Origin: an uncultured delta proteobacterium
Lineage (GTDB): Bacteria; Myxococcota; Myxococcia; Myxococcales; Myxococcaceae
NCBI GenBank assembly: GCA_963713045.1
Contig: CAVQKE010000004.1
Coordinates: 704,001-768,000 of the forward strand
DNA length: 64,000 bases
Reading direction: 5' to 3'
This document shows, piece after piece, positions 52,801-61,779 of this stretch. The notes beneath the pieces are model-generated. The model had not been told where the DNA came from and did not search any database. It saw only the letters and a program-made list of their open reading frames with translations. Every line of letters starts with the position of its first letter. The first letter of the stretch is position 1. Both the position numbers and the translations under genes were made by a program.

Positions 52801-53064
52801 CTCAGGCCCATTCTTATGACCTCCTTCGCCTTCATTCTCGGATGCGTCCCGCTGTGGTTCGCATCCGGCGCCGGAGGCAATTCGCGAAGAATTCTGGGGA
52901 CGGTGGTCATCATGGGGATGCTGGCGGCCACCGGCATCGCCATCTTCCTGGTCCCGGCCCTCTTCGTTTTGGTCGAGAAGCTGAGTGGGCACAAGGACCC
53001 CGCCCAGAAGCCCGGCGTCGCATCTCCGGTCGCCCGGCCGGAGGGCGCAGGGAGCCATTCATGA
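49894..53064 (+). CDS. RND efflux permease (AcrB/HAE1 type)
   Basis: FFIRRPIVA, GLVVDDAIVVVE, LAAKNAILIVEF, RLRPILMTS. Confidence 0.97.
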   Translation: MSAFFIRRPIVAIVIAIVTVIAGIVAVTKLPIALFPNIVPPQIQVTTTYTGADAITVEQSVATPIEQQMNGVQNMLYLQSTNGSDGTETMVVTFAVGSNIDIDNVLAQNRYSQAQSSLPQPVLNYGVTIQPSYSFPLVIVSLFSPDNRYDQTFLGNYATINIVDALKRIPGVGNVVLYGSSNYAMRIWVNPDLLTRLNLSVTDLTDAVKRQNVVNPSGQIGAEPAPPGQQFTYTVRAPGRLVTAEDFGNVIVRLNPDGSTVRLKDVSRIELGSLIYSQEGRYKGQPAGVIAVQQAPGSNALDVAAGVEKTFAELKKKFPPGMDYDVSLDTTLQISEGMHDIVKTLYEAMALVIIVVFIFLQSWRATLIPMIAVPVSLVGTFAVFPILGFTVNTLSLLGLVLAIGLVVDDAIVVVEAVEHHIEKGMTPRDAAFKAMEEVSGPVVGMSLVLSAVFIPTVFLAGITGRLYQQFAVTIAVSVLISAFNALTLSPALSAMWLRPKKAQKGVLGRLGDRFNRWFGRVTDGYGKLSATLIRKMAIPLGLLVAVTVLDGVVGKGLPGGFVPQEDQGFAVVSFQLPNAASLQRTREVGKKVEDILSKTPGVRSYNLINGLNLISANSASYVGTAFVSFKNWEERKTAEERADGILRRLNAAFASIPEARVIAFPPPAIPGIGTAGGFDVMVQDRSGGGNERFLTENVAKLVAALNKRPEIAGVLPNFAPAVPQLFVNVDKDKVLKQGIQLTSVYDTLQAFLGGTYINQFNRFGRTWNVYLQAEAPYRLEPKDLESFYVRNNSGQMVPLSTLVTVESISGPQFTVRFNLFRSAELLGSARPGFSSGQLMKAVEETAKQVLPAGMDIAWTNMSYQEKAAEGGASVVFILSLVFVFLILAALYESWSLPFSVLLSTPVAILGAFAGLLIRRFDFDVYGQIGLIMLIGLAAKNAILIVEFSKAEMDKGRPMIDAALEGAKLRLRPILMTSFAFILGCVPLWFASGAGGNSRRILGTVVIMGMLAATGIAIFLVPALFVLVEKLSGHKDPAQKPGVASPVARPEGAGSHS

Positions 53065-54530
53065 GTTGGCGCACCGTCCGAGCTGGCCTCCCCCTGGCCC
53101 TGCTGGCGAGCTGCGCTGTCGGACCAGATTACGAGCGGCCCGCAGTGCCAATGACCGAGGCCTATCGGGACCAGGTGAAACCGGCGGATGCGCGGTCCTT
53201 GGCCGACCTGCCGTGGTGGGAGCTTTTTCGGGACGAGGCGTTGGAGAGCCTCATTGTCCAGGCGCTTCAGAACAACCTCGACTTACGCATAGCCGCAGCC
53301 CGGGTGGAGCAGGCACGGGCACAAGCGGGCATCACCGCGGCTCAGGCTTATCCCGTGGTGGGAGCCGGACTTGGGGCCAACTACAGCCGAGGCACCTTCG
53401 TCCCCGGGCAAACTTACCCTCCCGTTGGTTCGACGTCGCAGCCGCCAATTGGGGCGCAATTCAACCTGAGCGCCTCATTCAGCTGGGAAATCGACTTGTG
53501 GGGCAAGTTTCGCCGCGGCACCGAGGCGGCGGTGGCCCAGTTCCTCGCCACCGAGGACGGCAGGCGGGGCGTCATTGTCAGCCTCATCGCCAACGTCGCG
53601 TCCTCCTACGTCTTCCTCCGGCAACTGGATGCGCAACTCGAAATTGCCAACGCAACGGTGAACAATTACGAAAAGATACTCGAGCTTTACACAGCACGGT
53701 TGGAAGGCGGGACCGGCTCCAAGCTCGAGGTGGCCACTGGCCGGGCCCAGGTGAACGACGCCCGGGCAACGGCGCTGGACTTGCAAAGGCAAATCGTCGA
53801 CCAGGAAAATCTCATCTCGTTCCTGCTCGCGCGGCCGCCGGGGCCCATCCCACGAGGCAGGACGCTGACCGAGTTGGTCTTCCCGCCTAGCATTCCTCCG
53901 GGACTCCCCTCCTCGCTCCTCGAGCGTCGACCAGACGTCCACCAGGCCGAGGAGCAGCTCATCGCTGCCAACGCGTTGATTGGCGTGGCCAAGGCCAACT
54001 TCTTTCCGTCCATCAGCCTCACCGGGATTTTGGGTTTGGCCACACCCGACTTGACCAAAATCTTCACCAGCCCGTCCTTCGTGTGGTCTGCGGGAGGCGC
54101 CGCAAGCTGGCTCGCTCCCATTCTGCAGGGCGCGCAGCTGCAGGGCCAGTACGACGCCGCCTGGGCGAGCTGGTTACAGTCCAAGGCGTTTTACGAGCAG
54201 AGCGTCCTCAACGCCTTTCAGGAAGTGGCGAGCTCGCTCAACGACACGGCTGCCCTCGGTCCTGTCCTTAAGGAGCGGGAGTCCCAGGTGACCAGCCTGG
54301 CTGAGGCGGTGGACCTCGCCCTCGACCGTTTCGAGGGTGGCGTTTCGAGCTACCTGGAAGTCACCACCAACCAGAACAACCTCTTCCCCGCACAACTTAA
54401 CCTGGCGGCCGTCCGGGCCCAGCGCTACCTCGCCCTCATCAGCCTGTACCGTGCCCTTGGCGGCGGCTGGCAGGTGCCGGAGGCCGCAAGCGACGCGGGC
54501 ACCACAGCTCTGGTGGCCCCGGCGAAATGA
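53061..54530 (+). CDS. Efflux outer-membrane lipoprotein (NodT/OprM type)
   Basis: LASCAVGPDYERP, WEIDLWG, LLERRPDV, LYRALGGGW; ATGA overlap. Confidence 0.95.
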   Translation: MSWRTVRAGLPLALLASCAVGPDYERPAVPMTEAYRDQVKPADARSLADLPWWELFRDEALESLIVQALQNNLDLRIAAARVEQARAQAGITAAQAYPVVGAGLGANYSRGTFVPGQTYPPVGSTSQPPIGAQFNLSASFSWEIDLWGKFRRGTEAAVAQFLATEDGRRGVIVSLIANVASSYVFLRQLDAQLEIANATVNNYEKILELYTARLEGGTGSKLEVATGRAQVNDARATALDLQRQIVDQENLISFLLARPPGPIPRGRTLTELVFPPSIPPGLPSSLLERRPDVHQAEEQLIAANALIGVAKANFFPSISLTGILGLATPDLTKIFTSPSFVWSAGGAASWLAPILQGAQLQGQYDAAWASWLQSKAFYEQSVLNAFQEVASSLNDTAALGPVLKERESQVTSLAEAVDLALDRFEGGVSSYLEVTTNQNNLFPAQLNLAAVRAQRYLALISLYRALGGGWQVPEAASDAGTTALVAPAK

Positions 54531-54747
54531 CGGCCAAGCCCCGGGCGGGTGGCGAGGGAGGCGCCGACCTGCGGCGGGCGAAAGGCCCATTTCCCTCTAC
54601 GGCACTGCACGGAAGGGCTCGGCGCTTCCGCCTGAGGCGACGTGCGCCGATGCGGTCTTCGTGGCTCTCCAGCTCATGACGCTTGCGTCTGCGGCCGCGG
54701 GGACGCCGTACGCTCGACTCGTGCGCGCGGACCGCCGACCCCCTCAC

Positions 54748-56682
54748 TCAGAAGTAGTAGCGCGCGTCGAAATGGATGCGCATATAAATCATCCATCCCG
54801 TCGCCAGTTCCGGGGTCGGTCCGGTCGCCGCCGGCAAAGTGAGTTTTGAGACGTAACGCACCTGGTTCGGGAACTCGACTCCCCAGCCGAACTGGATGGC
54901 AAAGGTAAGCGCTTGGTTCGTGGAGTATTCCCGGAGAGGCCGGTACTCGAACGTCGGAAAATCGAGGCTCAAGACGCGGTAAGAGAGGAACACCAGGTCA
55001 CTGTTGTACGGCACCATAGCGCCCGGGGCAGCGACACCGATGTTCTCTACTCCGCCAGTGTACCCGTAAAAGGTGGCCGCCACCTCGCGGCCGATAAGTA
55101 GCTGGAAGGCGCCGATGGGCGTGTTGAAGGCGCGCTCGTAGCGCAGTAGTCCCCCACTCGCCGCCCAGATGCCCATGTCGGTCAGGGTCTTCGGCGATGC
55201 CCAAACGAGCACCGGGGCAACGAGCAGGAGGTCGAACGGGATGACGTAGAACGGCACCCGGAGTCGCACGGTGATGCCCTGGCGGGCCGGAACCACCGGG
55301 ACACCGGCCGCTGCGAAGTTAGAGTTGGATGGTCCGTCCTGGGGCGTGTCGTAGGAATAGCCGATGCCGAGGAACGCATTTCCGGCTCCGGTGGAGCCGG
55401 TGAGCGCTTCCAAGCCTACGCCGATGCGGAACTCCACCTCCGCGCCGCCGTACCACCGCGCATCCGCATTGCCTGACTGATAGCCACCGAATTCCAAACC
55501 GCCGGTGAGGTCGCCCGCGAACCCGACGAAGGGTCCAATTTCCTGACGAAAGTGCGGGACGTGCACGTCGTTGGGCCCCCGGGAGGGAATCGGCGTCTTC
55601 GCCACCACCGGAGCCGCCAGGGGCAGCGTCTTCTCGGTGACAGTTGCCGTCGCTTGGCGCGTCGCGGTGCAGGAGTCATAGGCCGCGGCCCCATTGACGG
55701 CCTCGGTCTCGAGTGAACTCACGGCCAGCGCCGTGGGCGAACCGGAGTGTGCGGCCTCGTAGACCTGGCCAAGGCTAAGGGCGACGACGTCGGCGGTGCG
55801 CTTGAGGTCCTGCTGCCGCATGTGCGCATCGCCGAGCATGACCATCGGCGTACCAGACCAGGACGTGCCGTCCAGGCCGAACTCGCAATAGTAGTCGTGC
55901 GTTCCCTTGCGCTCGGCCACGCTCCCCCAGATTCCAACCACATGGCCCGAAGAGAAGGTGTCTTCGAGGAAATGGAGGGCGAAGGCCTCGGTCGCCAGCA
56001 CCTGGCGAGCGAGCGCAGCGCGAGTCGACGGTTCAGTGGCCGCCGCCCACTGCCCCGCAAGTCCAAGCGCTCCGAGGTGGTAGTAGAGATAGAGGCCCAG
56101 CGCGTTGGGCTCGACGCCGTCGGCGAGGGCGCTCGCCACGTACTCGTCTAGCTTGTTGGTGGTGCGCGGGAGAAGGAAGTGACCGTTATTGGCCTGCGCG
56201 CGAGTGAGATACTCGGGGTCGTTGTACTGCAGGCCGAGGTTTGACAAGGCCCAAACGTTCAGCGTGGCGTCGCGGGTTTTCGCTTGCTCCAGCCCCACCT
56301 TCGTCTTCGCGGCTACATCACCCACATTGAGGATCCAGTCACTTGGCAACGTCTCGGTGACGAGCTGATTTGGGGAGCAAGAGTGGTCACCAGCGATGGC
56401 CGGCCAGGCGGCTAAGTCGAGGCACGTGGGCCTGGACCGACCGTCCCCGGTCACCATCTCCTGGCAGTACCGAGCTTCGTGTCCAGAGCGCGCTTCGGTC
56501 CAAAGCGTGGCGTAAAACTGCTGCTGGTCAGCAGGCAACCCTTTGAGAGCTTCGGCCATGATGTCCCGATGCTCGGGGTAAATCCACGCGTCTGCCCGAC
56601 CGGGAACCAACGTGAGGGCAAGCGGGATGGCCAGCAGGCGCGCGGCTTGCCGTCTCCGGCGAATCTGTCGCGCCCCAAACAC
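54748..56682 (-). CDS. Secreted protein: Zn-dependent phospholipase C/P1-nuclease-like N-domain plus putative beta-barrel C-domain
   Basis: Signal peptide ADA|WIYPEH, HFLEDTFSSGH, THDYY; amphipathic strands ending IHFDARYYF. Confidence 0.65.
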   Translation of the reverse strand: MFGARQIRRRRQAARLLAIPLALTLVPGRADAWIYPEHRDIMAEALKGLPADQQQFYATLWTEARSGHEARYCQEMVTGDGRSRPTCLDLAAWPAIAGDHSCSPNQLVTETLPSDWILNVGDVAAKTKVGLEQAKTRDATLNVWALSNLGLQYNDPEYLTRAQANNGHFLLPRTTNKLDEYVASALADGVEPNALGLYLYYHLGALGLAGQWAAATEPSTRAALARQVLATEAFALHFLEDTFSSGHVVGIWGSVAERKGTHDYYCEFGLDGTSWSGTPMVMLGDAHMRQQDLKRTADVVALSLGQVYEAAHSGSPTALAVSSLETEAVNGAAAYDSCTATRQATATVTEKTLPLAAPVVAKTPIPSRGPNDVHVPHFRQEIGPFVGFAGDLTGGLEFGGYQSGNADARWYGGAEVEFRIGVGLEALTGSTGAGNAFLGIGYSYDTPQDGPSNSNFAAAGVPVVPARQGITVRLRVPFYVIPFDLLLVAPVLVWASPKTLTDMGIWAASGGLLRYERAFNTPIGAFQLLIGREVAATFYGYTGGVENIGVAAPGAMVPYNSDLVFLSYRVLSLDFPTFEYRPLREYSTNQALTFAIQFGWGVEFPNQVRYVSKLTLPAATGPTPELATGWMIYMRIHFDARYYF

Positions 56683-56811
56683 TAGGTCGGAGGAGACACT
56701 CTGGCGCGCAAAAATTCAAGGACTTCCCCGCATGCAATGGCGCTGCATCCTCGGGACCAATTTGGCGCATCCATCGTATTCTTTGGTGTGAACGGACGGG
56801 AGGTCCGAATC

Positions 56812-57219
<408 letters not shown>

Positions 57220-57376
57220 GTGACGTTGGCTGTGCCATTTGGCGGTCCGTGAGCGCAATGGGTCACCCCGCACCCTCAAGACAATTCCCAGAATACGCTT
57301 ATCCTTCTTCATTTTGAGGAGTCTGTATTTCCCCGAATCACAGTACGGTCCTTAAGCCTTCTCGAAGTGAACCGTT

Positions 57377-57455
57377 TAGGTAAATGGCCGTAACTGCTGT
57401 AGAAGTAGACCATCGGCCCCGTAGCTCGGATGGATAGATCGGCGGTTTCCTAAAC
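57377..57455 (+). repeat. Degenerate copy of tRNA-Arg upstream region and 5' half
   Basis: TAGGTAAATG..CTGCTGTAGAAGTAG..CGGCCCCGTAGCTCgGATGGATAGAtCGGCGGTTTCCTAAAC matches 57807-57885. Confidence 0.9.
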
Positions 57456-57459
57456 GCGG

Positions 57460-57771
57460 TTGCTGCTCGCGGCAGGCCTTCAGCCCATCAGTTATCCGCC
57501 TGCCGAGGCATTTCTAGCAGACACCAAGCATCCCCATTTCGATTGCGTGGTGCTTGACATTCAGCTCCCCGGCATTTCGGGGCTTGAGCTGCAGAAACAG
57601 CTCACAGCCGCGGGTGCACCGCCTCCCGTTATCTTCGACAGCGCCCATGACGACCTACAGGCGCGCGACCAGGCTTCTGTCGCTGGATGTGCGGGCTACT
57701 TCCGGAAAACGGCTGCCGGAAGCGAAGCGCTTGAAGCGATTCGTCGCGCCGTCCCCCCGTCGTCGGCTTAA
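57460..57771 (+). pseudogene. N-truncated stand-alone response-regulator receiver domain
   Basis: AEAFL, DCVVLDIQLPGISGLEL, SAHDD, YFRK; first strand and acidic pair absent. Confidence 0.8.
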
Positions 57772-57818
57772 CCGTTATGGCAAGAGCGGTTCCCCTCCGC
57801 TGGATATAGGTAAATGCT

Positions 57819-59486
57819 TTAAGCTGCTGTAGAAGTAGTTTGACGGCCCCGTAGCTCAGATGGATAGAGCGGCGGTTTCCTAAACCGCAGGTCGCGCGTT
57901 CGAATCGCGCCGGGGTCACTCCTCCCAAAGGCTCCGAATTCGCTCAGGATTGAGTCGTCGTCCTCCGCAGAATTCGAGTCCTGCGATTCGTCGGGGCACA
58001 CGTTTTGTGCCGTGTGTGTGCCACCGGTTCCGAAATGCAAGCGGTTGACTCCGCGCTGGAGTGTTGAGAGGTCCACCTGGGTGTACACGGCTTCGGTGAG
58101 CTTCGGGTCGCTGTGCCGCATCAATCGCTGAGTGACCGAAGTCGAGGCTCCAGCGGCCGCAAGAAGGCTCGCGTGGCTCCTACGTAAGTCGTGGAACCCG
58201 AGCGGCCGGACCTCGGCGCTGACAAGCATGTGGTCAAGCCCGTGCTGCGCACATGGACGCGGACTCCTGTCCGGCACGGTAACGTTAGAATCGCAGTTCC
58301 ATGCACGGCAATGGTGCCGGTAGCCCGTAATCCCGACGCCGGCGCGAGCCATGACACGGCGAAGCCTTCCCTCAAGGTCGAAATGCTCGGGCATGCGCGC
58401 CCCGTCGGGCGCGGGACAGACGTAAGCAGTCTCGTTTGCCGTCATGCTGGCGCCGATGAAATGAGCGAGCTCCTGAGCGAGCGGCAGAACGACCTGCTTG
58501 CCGGCTTTCGTCGTATCCCGCCCGTGGCTCCGCCGCACGGTCAACGTCCCGTTTAGGAGGTCGACGTCGCGCTTCTGGAGCCCTGACACTTCGCCGCGCC
58601 GCAGTCCTGCGTAGAGCGCCAGGGCGAATGCGCAGGCGATGCTTGCGCCATAGTCCTGCTCGGCCGCCAGCAGCACGGGGGCCACCTCGTGTGGGCGGAG
58701 CCATTCTCCCACGCACTGCGGAACCTTGCGCTTCCTGACTTCACTCGCGGGATTGGCGCCGGTCCACCAGCCAGCTTCTTTGGACCGAGTGAAAACCACA
58801 GAGACGGCGGCGCGGATGTGGTTGACGGTCTGCGCCGAAAGCCCGGTCTGCTGCTTCTCGGCCAAAAGCGCCTCGAGCACCGGGGCCGTCACGTCGGCAA
58901 CGCGTAGGTCGGCCAAGGGTGGCGTCAGCAGATGGCGCTTGGCTAGCGATTTCCATCGCCGATACCAGGGCGCAACCGCAGCGTAGCGCTCGCCATATTT
59001 CTTGACGAGCTCCGTCCAGGGGCCGCCGCCATCTAGCGGAGGGAGCTGCTCGAGCCCGAGACGTTGACGTTCGGCCCGTGCCTCGAGCTCCTGGGCGAGC
59101 TTGACCGCCTGTGCCTTCACCTGTGCGCTGCTCGGCCTTCGGCAGCGCCTACCTCGATGGTCGCGGTAATCCACCCACCAGGTTCGCTTTCGTAGATACG
59201 CACGAGCCATGTTCACCTCATCTCCGTCAAGAAGTCTTGCGGGCCCGAGCTCGTTCACTGACAAGAACATCTCAACGCTTTCCGGCCGGAAACGCAGAAG
59301 TCGCTTCACCCGGACAGCTTGCAGTGTGCCATCCCTTACGCGCCGGCGCACCGTCTTGGGACTGCAGCTGAGCAAACGCGCCATGTCCTCAACGGTAAGA
59401 AGTCTCTCGACTGACTGAAAGGTGCCGCGCCCTTCCCTCTCGAAGCTGGTTACCGGGTCGATTGTCTCAAGACGGTCTGCTCTCAT
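57819..59486 (-). CDS. int: Tyrosine integrase with in-frame N-terminal excisionase-like HTH; internal start at 59210
   Basis: GLRRGE, TTKAG, FHDLRR, MRHS, AVYT catalytic set; HTH LLTVEDMARLLSCSPKTVRR; RBS before both ATGs; ORF crosses the tRNA. Confidence 0.9.
   Translation of the reverse strand: MRADRLETIDPVTSFEREGRGTFQSVERLLTVEDMARLLSCSPKTVRRRVRDGTLQAVRVKRLLRFRPESVEMFLSVNELGPARLLDGDEVNMARAYLRKRTWWVDYRDHRGRRCRRPSSAQVKAQAVKLAQELEARAERQRLGLEQLPPLDGGGPWTELVKKYGERYAAVAPWYRRWKSLAKRHLLTPPLADLRVADVTAPVLEALLAEKQQTGLSAQTVNHIRAAVSVVFTRSKEAGWWTGANPASEVRKRKVPQCVGEWLRPHEVAPVLLAAEQDYGASIACAFALALYAGLRRGEVSGLQKRDVDLLNGTLTVRRSHGRDTTKAGKQVVLPLAQELAHFIGASMTANETAYVCPAPDGARMPEHFDLEGRLRRVMARAGVGITGYRHHCRAWNCDSNVTVPDRSPRPCAQHGLDHMLVSAEVRPLGFHDLRRSHASLLAAAGASTSVTQRLMRHSDPKLTEAVYTQVDLSTLQRGVNRLHFGTGGTHTAQNVCPDESQDSNSAEDDDSILSEFGAFGRSDPGAIRTRDLRFRKPPLYPSELRGRQTTSTAA
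57845..57918 (+). tRNA. tRNA-Arg (anticodon CCT), CCA not encoded
   Basis: Acceptor GGCCCCG/CGGGGTC+A, D arm, anticodon arm GCGGT-TTCCTAA-ACCGC, T arm GCGCG-TTCGAAT-CGCGC. Confidence 0.97.
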
Positions 59487-59559
59487 TTCTCCATCCTCTG
59501 CGGCTACGACACGTCTTGCGCGCCTCTCGGTAAAACGAAAACGAACGACACGTAGCGTT

Positions 59560-59850
59560 TCAGCGATGTTTGCCGTGCTCGGGGACGGAAGTGATTGCGG
59601 CAAGGTGCCGCGCTCCGAGGTATTCGTAGCGTTTCAGCAGGAGCATCTGCAGGTAACAGAGCATTTCGAGCCCATGCGCTTCGGCGTCTCTCTTGAGCGC
59701 ATCGACGACGTGTGTGGGTAGCCGGAACCACGTGCGGAGATGGGCAATGACCTCTCGCACAGCCTCCTGAATGAATTTCGATTCGGCCTGGGGCAACTTC
59801 ACACTCAGGTGCCGCATCTCTTGTTCTGCACTGACGCGAGACTTCGGCAT
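59560..59850 (-). CDS. Small putative DNA-binding protein (RHH-like) upstream of xis-int
   Basis: RHLSVKLPQAESKFIQEAV and FRLPTHVVDALKRDAEAHG strand-helix patterns. Confidence 0.55.
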   Translation of the reverse strand: MPKSRVSAEQEMRHLSVKLPQAESKFIQEAVREVIAHLRTWFRLPTHVVDALKRDAEAHGLEMLCYLQMLLLKRYEYLGARHLAAITSVPEHGKHR

Positions 59851-59856
59851 ATTCTT

Positions 59857-59890
59857 CGTGTAACTCTATTTGAGACCATTGTCAATCTCA
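59857..59890 (-). promoter_or_regulatory. Putative sigma70 promoter overlapped by an inverted repeat
   Basis: TTGACA (59885-59880), 17-nt spacer, weak TACACG, 6 nt, ATG; TGAGA-N10-TCTCA at 59871-59890. Confidence 0.45.
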
Positions 59891-60012
59891 CATGAGTCCT
59901 TATTTTGCCAAGTCGCCCGAAGATCAGGACGACGGTGGCGCGCCGGGCTTTCCGATGGACTCGCGATTGCTCTCAAGCACCTCGGGGCGCATTCAGGTGC
60001 AGTGCGAGCAAC

Positions 60013-60570
60013 TCAGCAACACCTTGAGCTCCGACCCCCAAGCATCGTGGCGGGGGAGAGCTGGAACGCCCACGAGTTGACCCCAGCTCCCGCCCGGCAA
60101 CGACGACTCAGCGAAGCATCAAGCATCAACTTCAGGAGGTCCCCAGCGAACCTGAGGACGACTCCGAAGAGACAGAACCCGGCCATGATTCGCAAGATAG
60201 TGTTCTGCGGTTCTGTCAACTCGTAGCGACGACCGAACCGAAAAGGATGAAACTTCATGAACGCGTCGAAACGAACGACGCCGAAGGCAATAAGCGAAGT
60301 AAGAATGCCAACTCCGATAAGGAACCAAAAAATCGGCGTGTCTGAAAGATGGACCTCATTGCCGAAATCTACGAACCACAAGCCATCGTAGAGATAGGCA
60401 ACATCGTTGTTGTCAAGGATGTGTTGACACCGAGCGTCGTCAGTCCCGTCCGCGTGCCCGGACCCACTCAGAGTCTCGCGTCGGAGACTGATCTCGAACC
60501 GTTGCTTGACGCATGCTCCCCTGCCTGCCACCGTCCTTAGCACCGCGAGGGCGCTTTTCGCGGTTCCCAA
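60013..60570 (-). CDS. Possible small membrane protein (start uncertain)
   Basis: Two hydrophobic segments IFWFLIGVGILTSLIAFGVV and IMAGFCLFGVVL. Confidence 0.25.
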   Translation of the reverse strand: MGTAKSALAVLRTVAGRGACVKQRFEISLRRETLSGSGHADGTDDARCQHILDNNDVAYLYDGLWFVDFGNEVHLSDTPIFWFLIGVGILTSLIAFGVVRFDAFMKFHPFRFGRRYELTEPQNTILRIMAGFCLFGVVLRFAGDLLKLMLDASLSRRCRAGAGVNSWAFQLSPATMLGGRSSRCC

Positions 60571-60629
60571 GGCTAGCTACTCGGAGACTCCAGGCTCCTA
60601 TGGGGGGGGGCCGTTGCTAGGAGGCAAAC

Positions 60630-61742
60630 GTGAAACGTCAGTTGGAAGGACTGTTATTTTCTCTCGCGATTTTGACGGCCGTATTCACCCCAGTCGGGGC
60701 GCAGCAGGATGGAGGGCCCTCGGTTGTGTTGGTCGGACGACCGTCCAACGTGCCGTCGACCTACCGACCGACGCCAAGTGGGTGGTTTCATCCGGACTGC
60801 ATTATCAGCATGACCGAAGACGAAAAGATTGCTCCCGATGGGAGTATCGCAGACCGTGCGACCGGTGCTTTCGTGCGTGCCGTTTCTCCGTGCCAGTATC
60901 CGCAGTACGACGCTAACGGAAATACGGTTGTTACTGGAAATGACGGCATCAGGCCGCCGGCGCATTCATGGATTGTCGACGGTCAAGCTGGCGTTGGCGA
61001 TATGGATTTTATCTCCGCGAATTGGACCGTGCCTCCGAATCCGGGCGGTAGTGGGCAGACCCTGTATTTTTTCCCTGCCTTCCTGCCCCCCAGCGAGGAT
61101 CAGCTCCTGCAGCCAGTGCTTGGCTAGAACGTTTACGGCAACGGTTCAACCCAATGGAGTATATTCAGCACGCAGTGCTGTATCGTAGGCAATCAATACA
61201 CGAGCGCGGTGGTGGCCGTTCCCAGCGGCGTCCAGTTGTACGGCTTCGCCTGGGGGACGGAATGCAACACAGAGTCGGGTCTCTGCGGAAATTGGGAGAT
61301 TTCCATTCAAGGAACTGGGATCAACCCGGTGACCGTCATGAGCACTACCGTGGGGGAAGCCATGTCCTTGAGCGTAGCTGCCACCTACGAAGAATATAAC
61401 ATAACCAGCTGCACACAACATCCGCCCTCCGAGTCGATTACCTTCTCAAACGTTACCGTTCGCGAGGTCGGAGATATTCCGGTAAGCCCGTCTTGGTACG
61501 GTGTCTACTATGGGTTCTCACCCGCATGTAACATTAACTTCGCTTCGCCTAGCTCCAGCACAGCGACTATTAGCTGGTGCATTCCCGACGACCCTTGCAC
61601 CCAACAGACTTGTGGGGAGGTCCTTTCGAATGGCTGCGGCGGCCAAGTTACCTGCCCAGCTTGCTGCAAGCTCCCGAACATTGAGTGCGGCTGCGGTGTT
61701 GGGTGCGTCAGCCTCTCAGTTTGTCGTAGGTTATGCCCTTAA
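60630..61742 (+). pseudogene. Secreted protein (possible G1 glutamic-peptidase-like fold, Cys-rich tail) with in-frame TAG
   Basis: AGGAGG RBS, signal peptide, TPSGWFHPDCI, WTVP, LLQPVLG*N; frame stays open after TAG 61125-61127 to 61742. Confidence 0.7.
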
Positions 61743-61779
61743 CGGCGCCAAACCCGGGGACGTGACGGAGGAGCCGGCA

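Noticed and set aside
51076..53058. 660-aa minus-strand ORF, and similar long ORFs at 18048-19622 and 26159-27664
   Set aside because: Antisense shadows of the RND permease, lepA and mnmA/cca
61125..61127. Programmed TAG read-through (pyrrolysine or recoding)
   Set aside because: TAG terminates many normal genes here, including cargo genes, and no pyl genes are present; a point mutation or error is simpler
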